A DNA stretch of 64,000 bases from Deltaproteobacteria bacterium (lineage in GTDB: Bacteria > Myxococcota_A > UBA9160 > JAJDAL01): contig JAJDAL010000003.1 in assembly GCA_029261875.1 (NCBI GenBank), positions 58,815 through 122,814 on the forward strand, in the 5' to 3' direction. How positions within the stretch are numbered: position 1 is the first letter of the stretch; each line of letters opens with the position of its first letter. The notes under the pieces were generated by a model. The model saw only the letters and a list, made by a program, of their open reading frames with translations. It searched no databases and was not told where the DNA came from. A program made the position numbers and the translations under genes. Shown here in pieces: positions 19,016 through 27,364 of this stretch.

Positions 19016-20188
19016 GTGTTGCGGTTGCGACTCATGGCCGGGCTTTGGGTTGGCGCATTTCTGATTGCCTGTGGCGACGGAGCCCGACCGCGGGTGTTGC
19101 TCCTGGGGATCGACGGTGGGGATCGTCGTGTGGTCGATGTGCTGCGCGAGGGCGGCTACCTGCCGAACTTGAACGCGGTTCTGGACGCGGGCGCCTGGGG
19201 GACACTCGATTGTGCGCCCGCCTGGCCCGCGTTTCCCTGTTACTGCCCGCCGGTGTGGACCTCGATCGCCACGGGACAACCGGTTGCGATCCACGGCATG
19301 ACCGAGGAGTTTCAGCCCGCGTCCGAACGCAAGGTGAAAGCACTTTGGAGTGTGCTGGCGGAGCAGGGCGGCCGTAGTGCGCTGATCGGGTATCGAAATA
19401 CCTGGCCTCCGGAAGCGACTGCGAGCGTCGTCATCACCGAGCCCGGTCTCGAGTACGCGGCGAGCAAGCTGCACAAGATTCCCAAGGAAGCGGACCATCC
19501 GGGTTTTCGACAGCACGCAACCCACACCAAACCCGAGCGTTTGTTCGAAACTTTGGGGATCTTGCCGGCAAGCGAGGAGCCCAGGTCCGTGCGCGCTCCC
19601 GTAGCGCGCGATCGCATTGCCTCCCAATCACTCGATCGACTCGTCGGCCATTTCGATCCTGCGGATTTGACGTTGATCGTGTGGCATTCCCCGGACAAAG
19701 CACAGCACATGTCGTGGGATCGAATTCAGGCCAACCCCGGCGATCCCATCGACGCCGCAGCCTTGCTCGCGGTCGCGAAGAACTGGAGCGGTCCGGTTTC
19801 CGGCGCGTTCGGTTGGGGGAGCGTGGCGAGCCAGTACCTGGAAGTCGACGCTTGGCTCGGCGAACACCTGAACCGCGTTGCCTACGACTACGTGGTGGTG
19901 GCGTCGGATCACGGCATGGGGCGCAATCCCAGTTCGGATGGTGTGCCGGGACACCATTATCGCGCGATCACGGAAGCCCACGCGGCAATCTTCGGAATCT
20001 CCGGTCCGGGAATTCGTCCGGGCAGCGCGCCCGATGGGAAACGTTCGGTGCTCGATGTTGCACCGACGCTCGCCTATCTGTTGCAGCTGCCCATCGGCGA
20101 GGATCTTCCCGGTGCCGTCATGTCGGAGCTGTTCGAAGCCGCTTTTCTCGAGAAACGAAAACCGGAAATCGTTCCTTCTTGGGAATGA
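19016..20188 (+). CDS. Alkaline phosphatase family (NPP/phosphodiesterase-like) lipoprotein
   Basis: Lipobox LIAC, VLLLGIDG, CPPVWTSIATG, VVASDHGM, DVAPTLAYLL. Confidence 0.8.
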   Translation: MLRLRLMAGLWVGAFLIACGDGARPRVLLLGIDGGDRRVVDVLREGGYLPNLNAVLDAGAWGTLDCAPAWPAFPCYCPPVWTSIATGQPVAIHGMTEEFQPASERKVKALWSVLAEQGGRSALIGYRNTWPPEATASVVITEPGLEYAASKLHKIPKEADHPGFRQHATHTKPERLFETLGILPASEEPRSVRAPVARDRIASQSLDRLVGHFDPADLTLIVWHSPDKAQHMSWDRIQANPGDPIDAAALLAVAKNWSGPVSGAFGWGSVASQYLEVDAWLGEHLNRVAYDYVVVASDHGMGRNPSSDGVPGHHYRAITEAHAAIFGISGPGIRPGSAPDGKRSVLDVAPTLAYLLQLPIGEDLPGAVMSELFEAAFLEKRKPEIVPSWE

Positions 20189-20198
20189 TCCGCGCCGC

Positions 20199-21911
20199 TC
20201 AAGGTGCAATCGCGTAGGCGCGAAGTTCCGGCGTCGCGTAGACGAGGCGCAGCAAGTCGCCTTTCTTCGAAAGTCCCTCCAACGCGCGCCGCAAGGGAAC
20301 GGGCGCGTTGGGCTTTCCCTGGTGGCGAACGACGAGCGTCGTGAAACCCATGCGCGCGAGATCGCGAAGGGCCTCCGGGTCCGGGAGGCGGTCTGCGGCC
20401 TTGCCGACCACCAGGCGTTCAGGGGGAGAGTAGGACCCGAGGCATGCGGAAGTTCGTCGTCCGTGAAAGGAAGTGAGCAAGACGCGCTCGGGTGAAAATG
20501 CGAGAGAGCCCAGTTGGACGGGACCGCGGTCGACACTCGCGTAGGTGGGAACCTCGAGAATCGGCCCGGAGTTTCCCCGTCGTTCGAGCTCTTCGAAAAA
20601 GGCCAGCGTGCTTGCGTCCGGTCGAATGGCGAGGGGGGCAAAGCGGTAGGGCGGCGTTCCGCCGATCCAGTCGGGGCCCAGGGTCGCGACTCCGACCCAC
20701 AAGACGAGACCCGCGCCAGCGAATCGCCTCGCTTGCACGGAGGGGAGGCCGCGCAGGAGCCCCGCTGCGCCAAGGCCCGCCAGAATGCACAGGGACCAAT
20801 GGGCGCCCGCGCTGATGGTTCCCACCGCGCGCACGGACCGCAGACCTGGAATGAATTCCGCAATGGCTCCGTAGAGATTGGGAAGGCGTACGGGCGGGTC
20901 GCCGGGAATCAGCGTGGCCACGGGGCCCGACGCAACCCATGCGGCCAAAACTCCCCCCAGTACCAGCACCCCACGCGGATCCCCGATACCGGGGCGGGCG
21001 CTCCGTCGCGGCGGGAGCGCGATGCCCGCGCACGCGAGCGAAAGCAGCACCCAACCGGGAAACAGTTTTCGACCCGGAAGGAACGCAGCGAGTTCGCTGT
21101 AGTAGTGCTCGTTGCGCGTCATGCCCCCGGAAGCGGCTTGAACTTCGAGATACGGCGCGAAGACGAAAACCGCGGCGCCGAGTGTCGTGACGAGAATCAT
21201 CGCAACCGGCTTCCAGCGAAGCTGACCCAGGCCGTAGGTGATCCACAACCAGGGCACGAGCGCAACGATCAGAAACGTGGCGGAAAGGACGGGATAGAGG
21301 CTGTTGCCGAGCTGCAGGGCACCGCATGCAGCGAGTCCCAGGGCGTCCCTCCAACGACCGTCGGCGAAGAAGCGTCGCGCGAAGAAGAGCACGAAGATCA
21401 TCCACGACAGGTCCCGCTGAAAAGGGTGGGAGATGTCGCCGAGTTGTACTTCGTGAAACGCGTAGAGGAGTCCGGCGGCAATGGCTGCGCCCGGGCTGCC
21501 GGTCCATTCGGAAATGAGCAGGAACATCCCGAGCGCGCCGAGCAATGGGAGCAACAACAGCGCGATGTTGTAAGTGAGGATGGGGTCGTGGGTCAAGAAT
21601 CGGAAGGGCGCGCCCAACAGCCCCATGCTGAGGAGCGGTTCGGACAGGGTGAGGGCGTTGTCGGCTGGGAAGCAGTGCTCGGCTTGGAAGATTCGATGGG
21701 GACTTCGCAACCATGCCGCGGCATTTCGACCAATCACCCACGCCACATAGGTGGTGTCGGTCTTCATGTTGGGAGACACGCTGACGCCATCGCGGGACGT
21801 GGCGGGTACGGTGGTGCGTGGGTCCTGGAGCCAAACTTCCCCGAAGAGAATCGCGATGGCGCACACGAACACGGCCGTTGCCAGGAGTGTCGGGCGAAGA
21901 CCGGGTTTCAC
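20199..21911 (-). CDS. Polytopic membrane protein, putative GT-C/YfhO-like glycosyltransferase
   Basis: GTG 21911 overlaps the upstream TGA (GTGA). Many TMs, AGLLYAF motif, periplasmic C-terminal region with ILEVP. Confidence 0.6.
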   Translation of the reverse strand: MKPGLRPTLLATAVFVCAIAILFGEVWLQDPRTTVPATSRDGVSVSPNMKTDTTYVAWVIGRNAAAWLRSPHRIFQAEHCFPADNALTLSEPLLSMGLLGAPFRFLTHDPILTYNIALLLLPLLGALGMFLLISEWTGSPGAAIAAGLLYAFHEVQLGDISHPFQRDLSWMIFVLFFARRFFADGRWRDALGLAACGALQLGNSLYPVLSATFLIVALVPWLWITYGLGQLRWKPVAMILVTTLGAAVFVFAPYLEVQAASGGMTRNEHYYSELAAFLPGRKLFPGWVLLSLACAGIALPPRRSARPGIGDPRGVLVLGGVLAAWVASGPVATLIPGDPPVRLPNLYGAIAEFIPGLRSVRAVGTISAGAHWSLCILAGLGAAGLLRGLPSVQARRFAGAGLVLWVGVATLGPDWIGGTPPYRFAPLAIRPDASTLAFFEELERRGNSGPILEVPTYASVDRGPVQLGSLAFSPERVLLTSFHGRRTSACLGSYSPPERLVVGKAADRLPDPEALRDLARMGFTTLVVRHQGKPNAPVPLRRALEGLSKKGDLLRLVYATPELRAYAIAP

Positions 21912-23326
21912 TCGACGTAGCCGAGGGCGCGCAATTGTTCCAATTGTTGGGCGTTGGCGCGCGGCGAGATCTTGGGACGCTTGAGGCGAACGCCCTTTGC
22001 GGGCGTCACGGGGGTTCCGGCCGGATCCGGGTCCGCGCGGCTCCATTCGACCAGTTCGCGCGCGACGCGGTCGTCTTTGGGCCAGGGGAGGGGGGTGCGT
22101 TCTCCCGGGTCTTCGGCCAGGTCGTAGAGTCGCTGGTCTTTCAGGGACGTCGCACCCTCGGCGTCGGCGATCACCGCCGTGACCCACTTCCGTTGGCCCT
22201 GGATGGCGGCCTTGGTGTGTTGCCCGGAGAAACCGATCGCTTCGGAAAAGACCGTCCGATCGACGGGGATCGCGTCCGGGTTTCGCAAGTCGTAGCCGGG
22301 GAGGTCGGGGGCCGGGGGGACACCCGCGAAGGCGAGAATCGTCGGCGCGATATCGATGGTGGATGCGAGCTGACGATTTCGGGCGGCGGGCACGCCGGGG
22401 CCACGCAGGATTAGCGGTACGCGCACGATCGAATCGTAGGTGTAGTAGCTGTGCGAAAACCAAAACGCCTGTTCCATCATGGTTTCACCGTGGTCCGCGG
22501 TGAGAATGATGAGCGCCGTGTCCATTTCCGCGAGCGTCGCGTATCCATCCAACAAGCGGCCGATCTCCGCGTCCGTGTACGCGATCTCGTCGTCGTAGTC
22601 GTCGACGACCACCAGACCGTCGTTTACGCCTTTCTCGCGGTACCGTTTCGGAAGCCGTTTGGGATTGACGATCACGGGATCCGCATGGGAAAAGCGCCGG
22701 CTCCAGTTTTCGGGGACTTCGTAGGGCCAGTGGGGATCGATGTAGTGAACCACCAGGAAAATCGGTTTTTCGCGTTCTCGCTCCACGCGTAGCCAACCCA
22801 AGGCCGCGTCGGTGGTGTGCCCCGCGACGCGTTCGAAATGTCCGACACGCGGAGCCGCGGCATTGTCGACGAAATCGTCGTAGTGGTCGAAGCGGCCCGC
22901 CATGCCCATGGCTTCGTCGGTCAATACGGCGCTCGAGACGAAGGCGGCGGTCTGATAGGAAGCGGGAAGACGCTCGCTGATCAAACGCGTGGGTTCCGGG
23001 AGCAATTGGATGTAGGAACGCACGCGGTGCGCGGGGGCGTACAGTCCGCTCAGAATACTGACGACACTCGGTGGTGTATAGGCCGCCGATGCGTAGGCGC
23101 GCTCGTAGACCTGGCCGCCGGCGAACAGGCGTTCGAGATTGGGCGTGGTGGGCCGCTCGTAGTCGTAGACGCCCAGATGGTCCGGGCGTAGGGTGTCGAC
23201 GATGATCAGCACGATGTCGCCCGGGACGGTGGGCGGGTCTGGACGGGTGCAGGCCATGAGCGAACCCGCGAGTCCTGCCAGAAAGAGCGCTCGGGCCGGG
23301 GAGGGGAGCCTCGAAAACCGCGACAT
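21908..23326 (-). CDS. Sulfatase-like lipoprotein with TPPSV motif
   Basis: Lipobox LMAC, DTLRPDH, YTPPSVVSILSG, HYIDPH, ADHGE, LRALGYVE. Confidence 0.85.
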   Translation of the reverse strand: MSRFSRLPSPARALFLAGLAGSLMACTRPDPPTVPGDIVLIIVDTLRPDHLGVYDYERPTTPNLERLFAGGQVYERAYASAAYTPPSVVSILSGLYAPAHRVRSYIQLLPEPTRLISERLPASYQTAAFVSSAVLTDEAMGMAGRFDHYDDFVDNAAAPRVGHFERVAGHTTDAALGWLRVEREREKPIFLVVHYIDPHWPYEVPENWSRRFSHADPVIVNPKRLPKRYREKGVNDGLVVVDDYDDEIAYTDAEIGRLLDGYATLAEMDTALIILTADHGETMMEQAFWFSHSYYTYDSIVRVPLILRGPGVPAARNRQLASTIDIAPTILAFAGVPPAPDLPGYDLRNPDAIPVDRTVFSEAIGFSGQHTKAAIQGQRKWVTAVIADAEGATSLKDQRLYDLAEDPGERTPLPWPKDDRVARELVEWSRADPDPAGTPVTPAKGVRLKRPKISPRANAQQLEQLRALGYVE

Positions 23327-23497
23327 GGAGGCACTATATCGCTGGAGAGCGGTAGAACTTGATTTTAGAAAAGATGTGGCGTTTTTGGTCTTGCGCGGGG
23401 GGAGCGGAATAGACTACGAAACGATACGCCTCGGATTGATTCCGCACCCACCACCCTCACCCACCGACCGATGAAGCCGGATGCCTGGGAGGCCCCA

Positions 23498-26038
23498 ATG
23501 CCGCGCCCGTTCGCCAAGCGAAATCTCTACCTCCTCACCTTCGTCGCGGCCGTCGCCGCGCTGGGGGGAAGTTGCCAGAAGCCCAAGATCCTGATCGATA
23601 GCCCGTTGAACGGGACCTTCCTGATCGGGAATCTCGTGACCGTTACGGGCAGTGTTCAACGCCCCGGGAACTTCGTGAGCCTTCACGCCAACGGGGTGCC
23701 GATCGTGTTGGCCGAGGATCTCTACAGTGTGGAGGTTCCGGTCGACCCTGCCGACGTCTTCACCCGCATCACGGTCGAGGGCACCCTGGCGAGTGGAAAG
23801 ACCCTGCGCGAATCCGTGACCGTGGTGGTGGGCGATGGTGTGACGACGGGCTTCGTGATCGACGGTGGATTCACCGACGAAGGCGTTGGGTTGCGGATCG
23901 CGGACGCGGGCTTCGGGCAGATCACGCCCATCGTCGAGAGTCTCTCCAGCGATTCCCTCGACATCAGTGACTTGATTACCGGACAGAATCCGATCGCCCA
24001 AGGCAACTTCGGCGGCATCATCACCTACAAGGCCAACGTGGTGGAAGTCGGTTTCGGCGGCTTCGGCCTCGATGCGGCGGCGACCGCCTCCGGCATGGAT
24101 ACGACGGTGACGATCGACGACTTTTTCCTGGAGATCGACCTCGATCTCGATTGGCTGGGGTCGTGCACGATCGAAATCGAGACTGCGACGACGACCCTGC
24201 AGGGGGCTTTCGACCTGGCGCCGTTGCCCTCGGATCCGTCTTTCGCCGACGTCAATCTGGTTTCGCCGATCGTCGTCAACCTCGGCGGCTTCACGAGCCA
24301 ATTCGTGTCGGGCGTGTGCGATGACCCGCTGATCGGCGACATCATCAACCTCATCATGGGACAAGGCGAAATCCAACAACTCATGCAGGACGGATTCGAG
24401 GATAACCTCGCGGATCCCGACGGAACGGGACCCGCCGACTCTCCGCTGGCGGCTGCGATTCAGGGCGCGCTGGCGGGAATCTCGATCGCCGGACCCGTGG
24501 GGGAAGCCTTGGGGGGCGTGGTCGACGCACCGATCGCGTGGATCGACGAAGAGGTTGGCGGCATCACGCTGGCCGCGGATGCGGCGATCTATTCTGCGAG
24601 CCCGCATCCGGACGCACCGGACCTTCCGGCCTCCTACACGGTGGAGGAGCCGTTCCCCGCCTTCGGTGCCACCACGCCCGGTGGCTCCCCGTATGGGATG
24701 GCGTTCACGATTTCGACATCGGCCATGAATCAGCTGATCAAGACCCAGATCGAAAACGGTCTGTTGCAGGAAGACATCACCGAGTTTCTCGGGGTTCCGT
24801 TGACCACCGGACAATTGGTCTTCATCCCCGAATTCCTGACGGAGTTCCCGACCAACACGCCCGCCTTGATCCGGATCCGACCCCACATCGCGCCCGTGTT
24901 CACGGGCAACCCGGGGCCGGGCGGTGAATTCGCGGAACTCAAGATCGCCGGGCTCGGGGTCGAGATCGCCCTGGCGGAGGACGAGTCCGTGATCCTCGGA
25001 ATCGAGATCGATATGGATGCCGGTGTCGACCTCACCTTCACGCCGACGGGGATGCAATTCGCACTCGCCACGCCGGGCGGAGCCGGTTTGGGGGTCACGA
25101 TCGTCGACAACCCCTATGACGTCGACGAGACGAATCTCGTGGGCGCTTTTCAACAGCTGTTCCCGTTGTTCGCATCGGAATTCGAAGATGCGATCGACGA
25201 GTTCCCGATCCCCGCGTTTCTCGGGATGGAACTCGCACCGATCGAAGTGGCGCGACTTCCGGGTGGGTACATCGGGCTGTTCGCGGATCTGACGCTGGCG
25301 CCCACCACGTCGCTCGCGAACGTCACGTTCACGGATTTGAGTTCGAACGACTTCCGACAGCAGGGCGGATGCTGGCTGCGGGAGTGGCGGCACCGGTTGT
25401 CCGGCAGCCACTTCGGTGGATCCGTGAACGCGAGCCTGAAGGGCATGCTGGGCGCCGATGCGGGCTGTACGACGAATGACGCGGAGTCCCTCGCCACGGT
25501 CGGCTACCAGGTCGATTTCGACGTGGTCGCCGTAGCGGGCGAACAGTGGACCCTTGATATCGACCATTCGATTCGGGGTGCCCTCGATCGCATCAGCGAC
25601 GGTTACAACGATGGGATTGGGTTCCAGGACGGCGGTGGTCGAGCGAGTTTTCAGACGCCGGTCGGCGGGAGTTACTCGATCGACAGCGGTGCCGCGGTGG
25701 CCTTCGACTTCACGCCTTCCGTAACGGCAATCGATGACGGCATCGGTGGTTCTTCGTCGAATCAGGACGTCGAGTTCGACGGTACGAACGGTGTGACGCT
25801 GGTGGGGACCGACTCGGCGAGCGTCTCACTCGTGTTCTCCTTCGATCTGCGCGCGTTCTCGAATTCCAACACGGCATTCCCGACCGCGAACGGTGACGAA
25901 ATGGCGATTCGATTGGGCAAGAACGACACGATCGACAACAACTTCACCGCCGGTCAGTACCCCGGGATGGGGAACCGCAACATCGCCGATGACGGGCACA
26001 AGGCGACGATTGCTCTCAGCGTCGCTCCGCTCCCCTGA
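23498..26038 (+). CDS. Large acidic lipoprotein: Ig-like domain + LBP/BPI/CETP-like region + C-terminal beta domain
   Basis: Lipobox LGGSC; GVGLRIADAGFGQI and GMAFTISTSAMNQLI..GLL resemble the starts of the two BPI domains. The CDS itself is clear; the fold call is inference. Confidence 0.6.
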   Translation: MPRPFAKRNLYLLTFVAAVAALGGSCQKPKILIDSPLNGTFLIGNLVTVTGSVQRPGNFVSLHANGVPIVLAEDLYSVEVPVDPADVFTRITVEGTLASGKTLRESVTVVVGDGVTTGFVIDGGFTDEGVGLRIADAGFGQITPIVESLSSDSLDISDLITGQNPIAQGNFGGIITYKANVVEVGFGGFGLDAAATASGMDTTVTIDDFFLEIDLDLDWLGSCTIEIETATTTLQGAFDLAPLPSDPSFADVNLVSPIVVNLGGFTSQFVSGVCDDPLIGDIINLIMGQGEIQQLMQDGFEDNLADPDGTGPADSPLAAAIQGALAGISIAGPVGEALGGVVDAPIAWIDEEVGGITLAADAAIYSASPHPDAPDLPASYTVEEPFPAFGATTPGGSPYGMAFTISTSAMNQLIKTQIENGLLQEDITEFLGVPLTTGQLVFIPEFLTEFPTNTPALIRIRPHIAPVFTGNPGPGGEFAELKIAGLGVEIALAEDESVILGIEIDMDAGVDLTFTPTGMQFALATPGGAGLGVTIVDNPYDVDETNLVGAFQQLFPLFASEFEDAIDEFPIPAFLGMELAPIEVARLPGGYIGLFADLTLAPTTSLANVTFTDLSSNDFRQQGGCWLREWRHRLSGSHFGGSVNASLKGMLGADAGCTTNDAESLATVGYQVDFDVVAVAGEQWTLDIDHSIRGALDRISDGYNDGIGFQDGGGRASFQTPVGGSYSIDSGAAVAFDFTPSVTAIDDGIGGSSSNQDVEFDGTNGVTLVGTDSASVSLVFSFDLRAFSNSNTAFPTANGDEMAIRLGKNDTIDNNFTAGQYPGMGNRNIADDGHKATIALSVAPLP

Positions 26039-27351
26039 CGTCGACGCTGCGACATACGTTCGCGCGCATTGCCCTGCGATCGATTCAGCTCATCTACGGG
26101 TCGATCGCGGCGCTGGGTGTCTTCATCGTCGAAGTCGTTCGGCGTCGCGGTCAAGGCGCGGGCGGTTGGCTCCACGCCCTCGGCCGCGCGCAGGTTCACC
26201 TGTGCAATCGCCTGGGTGCCACGTTCATCAAGGTCGGGCAGATCGCGTCGACGCGTGGGGACCTGCTGCCGCCGGAGTTGGTGGAAGAGTTGTCGACACT
26301 GCGGGACCGCGTGCCGCCGTTTCCCTTCGCGGATGTTCAGGCCATCGTGGAACGCAGCCTGGGGCAGCCCCTCGATGCCTTGTTTGCGGACTTCGATCCG
26401 AGGCCCGTCGCAGCCGCCTCCGTTGCCCAGGTACACCGCGCCACGCTGCGAAGCAACGGCTTGCCGGTGGCGGTGAAGGTGCGCCGCCCGGACATCTTGG
26501 AGAAAGCGCAACTCGATCGTTCGATTCTGTTGTTCGTCGCCCGGGTGCTCGAGCGTTGCGTCCCCACCCTGCGGCTGGTGTCCCTGGAAGGTGCAGTTCA
26601 CCAATTTTGCGCTGCCGTGGAACAGCAGATTCATCTCGACAACGAGCTCGAACACAATCGCCGATTTCGAGCGAATTTCGCAGACGACCCCGACGTTCAC
26701 TTTCCGGTGATTTACCCCGATGCCTGCTCGGACGAAGTGCTGACCATGGAGTTCATCGAGGGGCTGCGGGAAGAGGAGCTGAGCGAAGATACGGTGGACG
26801 TGCGGCGCATCGTCGAAGCGGGAATGCGCTGCGTTTGTCGAATGATTTTCCTCCACGGATTCGTTCATGCCGATTTGCATCCCGGCAATCTGCGCTTCGA
26901 CGCCTCGGGACGCATTACCTTGCTCGACTTGGGGCTGGTGGGAGAACTCGAAAACGAGGATCGGCTCACGACGGCGCAGATGTTGTTTGCCTTTGCGACG
27001 GGTGACGGGAGAACCGTCGCAAGGCTCTTCTACGACAACGCGCCCCATACCGCGACCGCGAACTACGACGACTACGAGGCCGAAGTCGGGGTTTTCGTCG
27101 GACGCTTGCGGGAGGTCGGGCTCGGAAACGTGGAACTCACGGTCGAGATCGGCCGCCTCTTCGACATCCTGCGACGCCATCGCATCCAGGCGCGGTCGCA
27201 CATGACGATGGTCAACATTGCGCTCGCTACCGCCGAGGGGTTGGGCAAACGCCTGGCACCGGACCTCTCCCTCGCAGACGAGGCGATTCCCTACCTCGCT
27301 GAAGCCATCGGAGTTCCGAATCCGCGGTCCGCCGAGACGAGGAGAGCGTGA
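26035..27351 (+). CDS. AarF/UbiB/ABC1 atypical kinase; probable non-canonical CTG start
   Basis: LGATFIKVGQIASTRGDLLP, AAASVAQVH, VAVKV, FVHADLHPGN, LLDLG. The conserved KxGQ motif lies upstream of the first in-frame ATG/GTG/TTG. Confidence 0.85.
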   Translation: MTSTLRHTFARIALRSIQLIYGSIAALGVFIVEVVRRRGQGAGGWLHALGRAQVHLCNRLGATFIKVGQIASTRGDLLPPELVEELSTLRDRVPPFPFADVQAIVERSLGQPLDALFADFDPRPVAAASVAQVHRATLRSNGLPVAVKVRRPDILEKAQLDRSILLFVARVLERCVPTLRLVSLEGAVHQFCAAVEQQIHLDNELEHNRRFRANFADDPDVHFPVIYPDACSDEVLTMEFIEGLREEELSEDTVDVRRIVEAGMRCVCRMIFLHGFVHADLHPGNLRFDASGRITLLDLGLVGELENEDRLTTAQMLFAFATGDGRTVARLFYDNAPHTATANYDDYEAEVGVFVGRLREVGLGNVELTVEIGRLFDILRRHRIQARSHMTMVNIALATAEGLGKRLAPDLSLADEAIPYLAEAIGVPNPRSAETRRA

Positions 27352-27364
27352 TAGGATTGCGACC

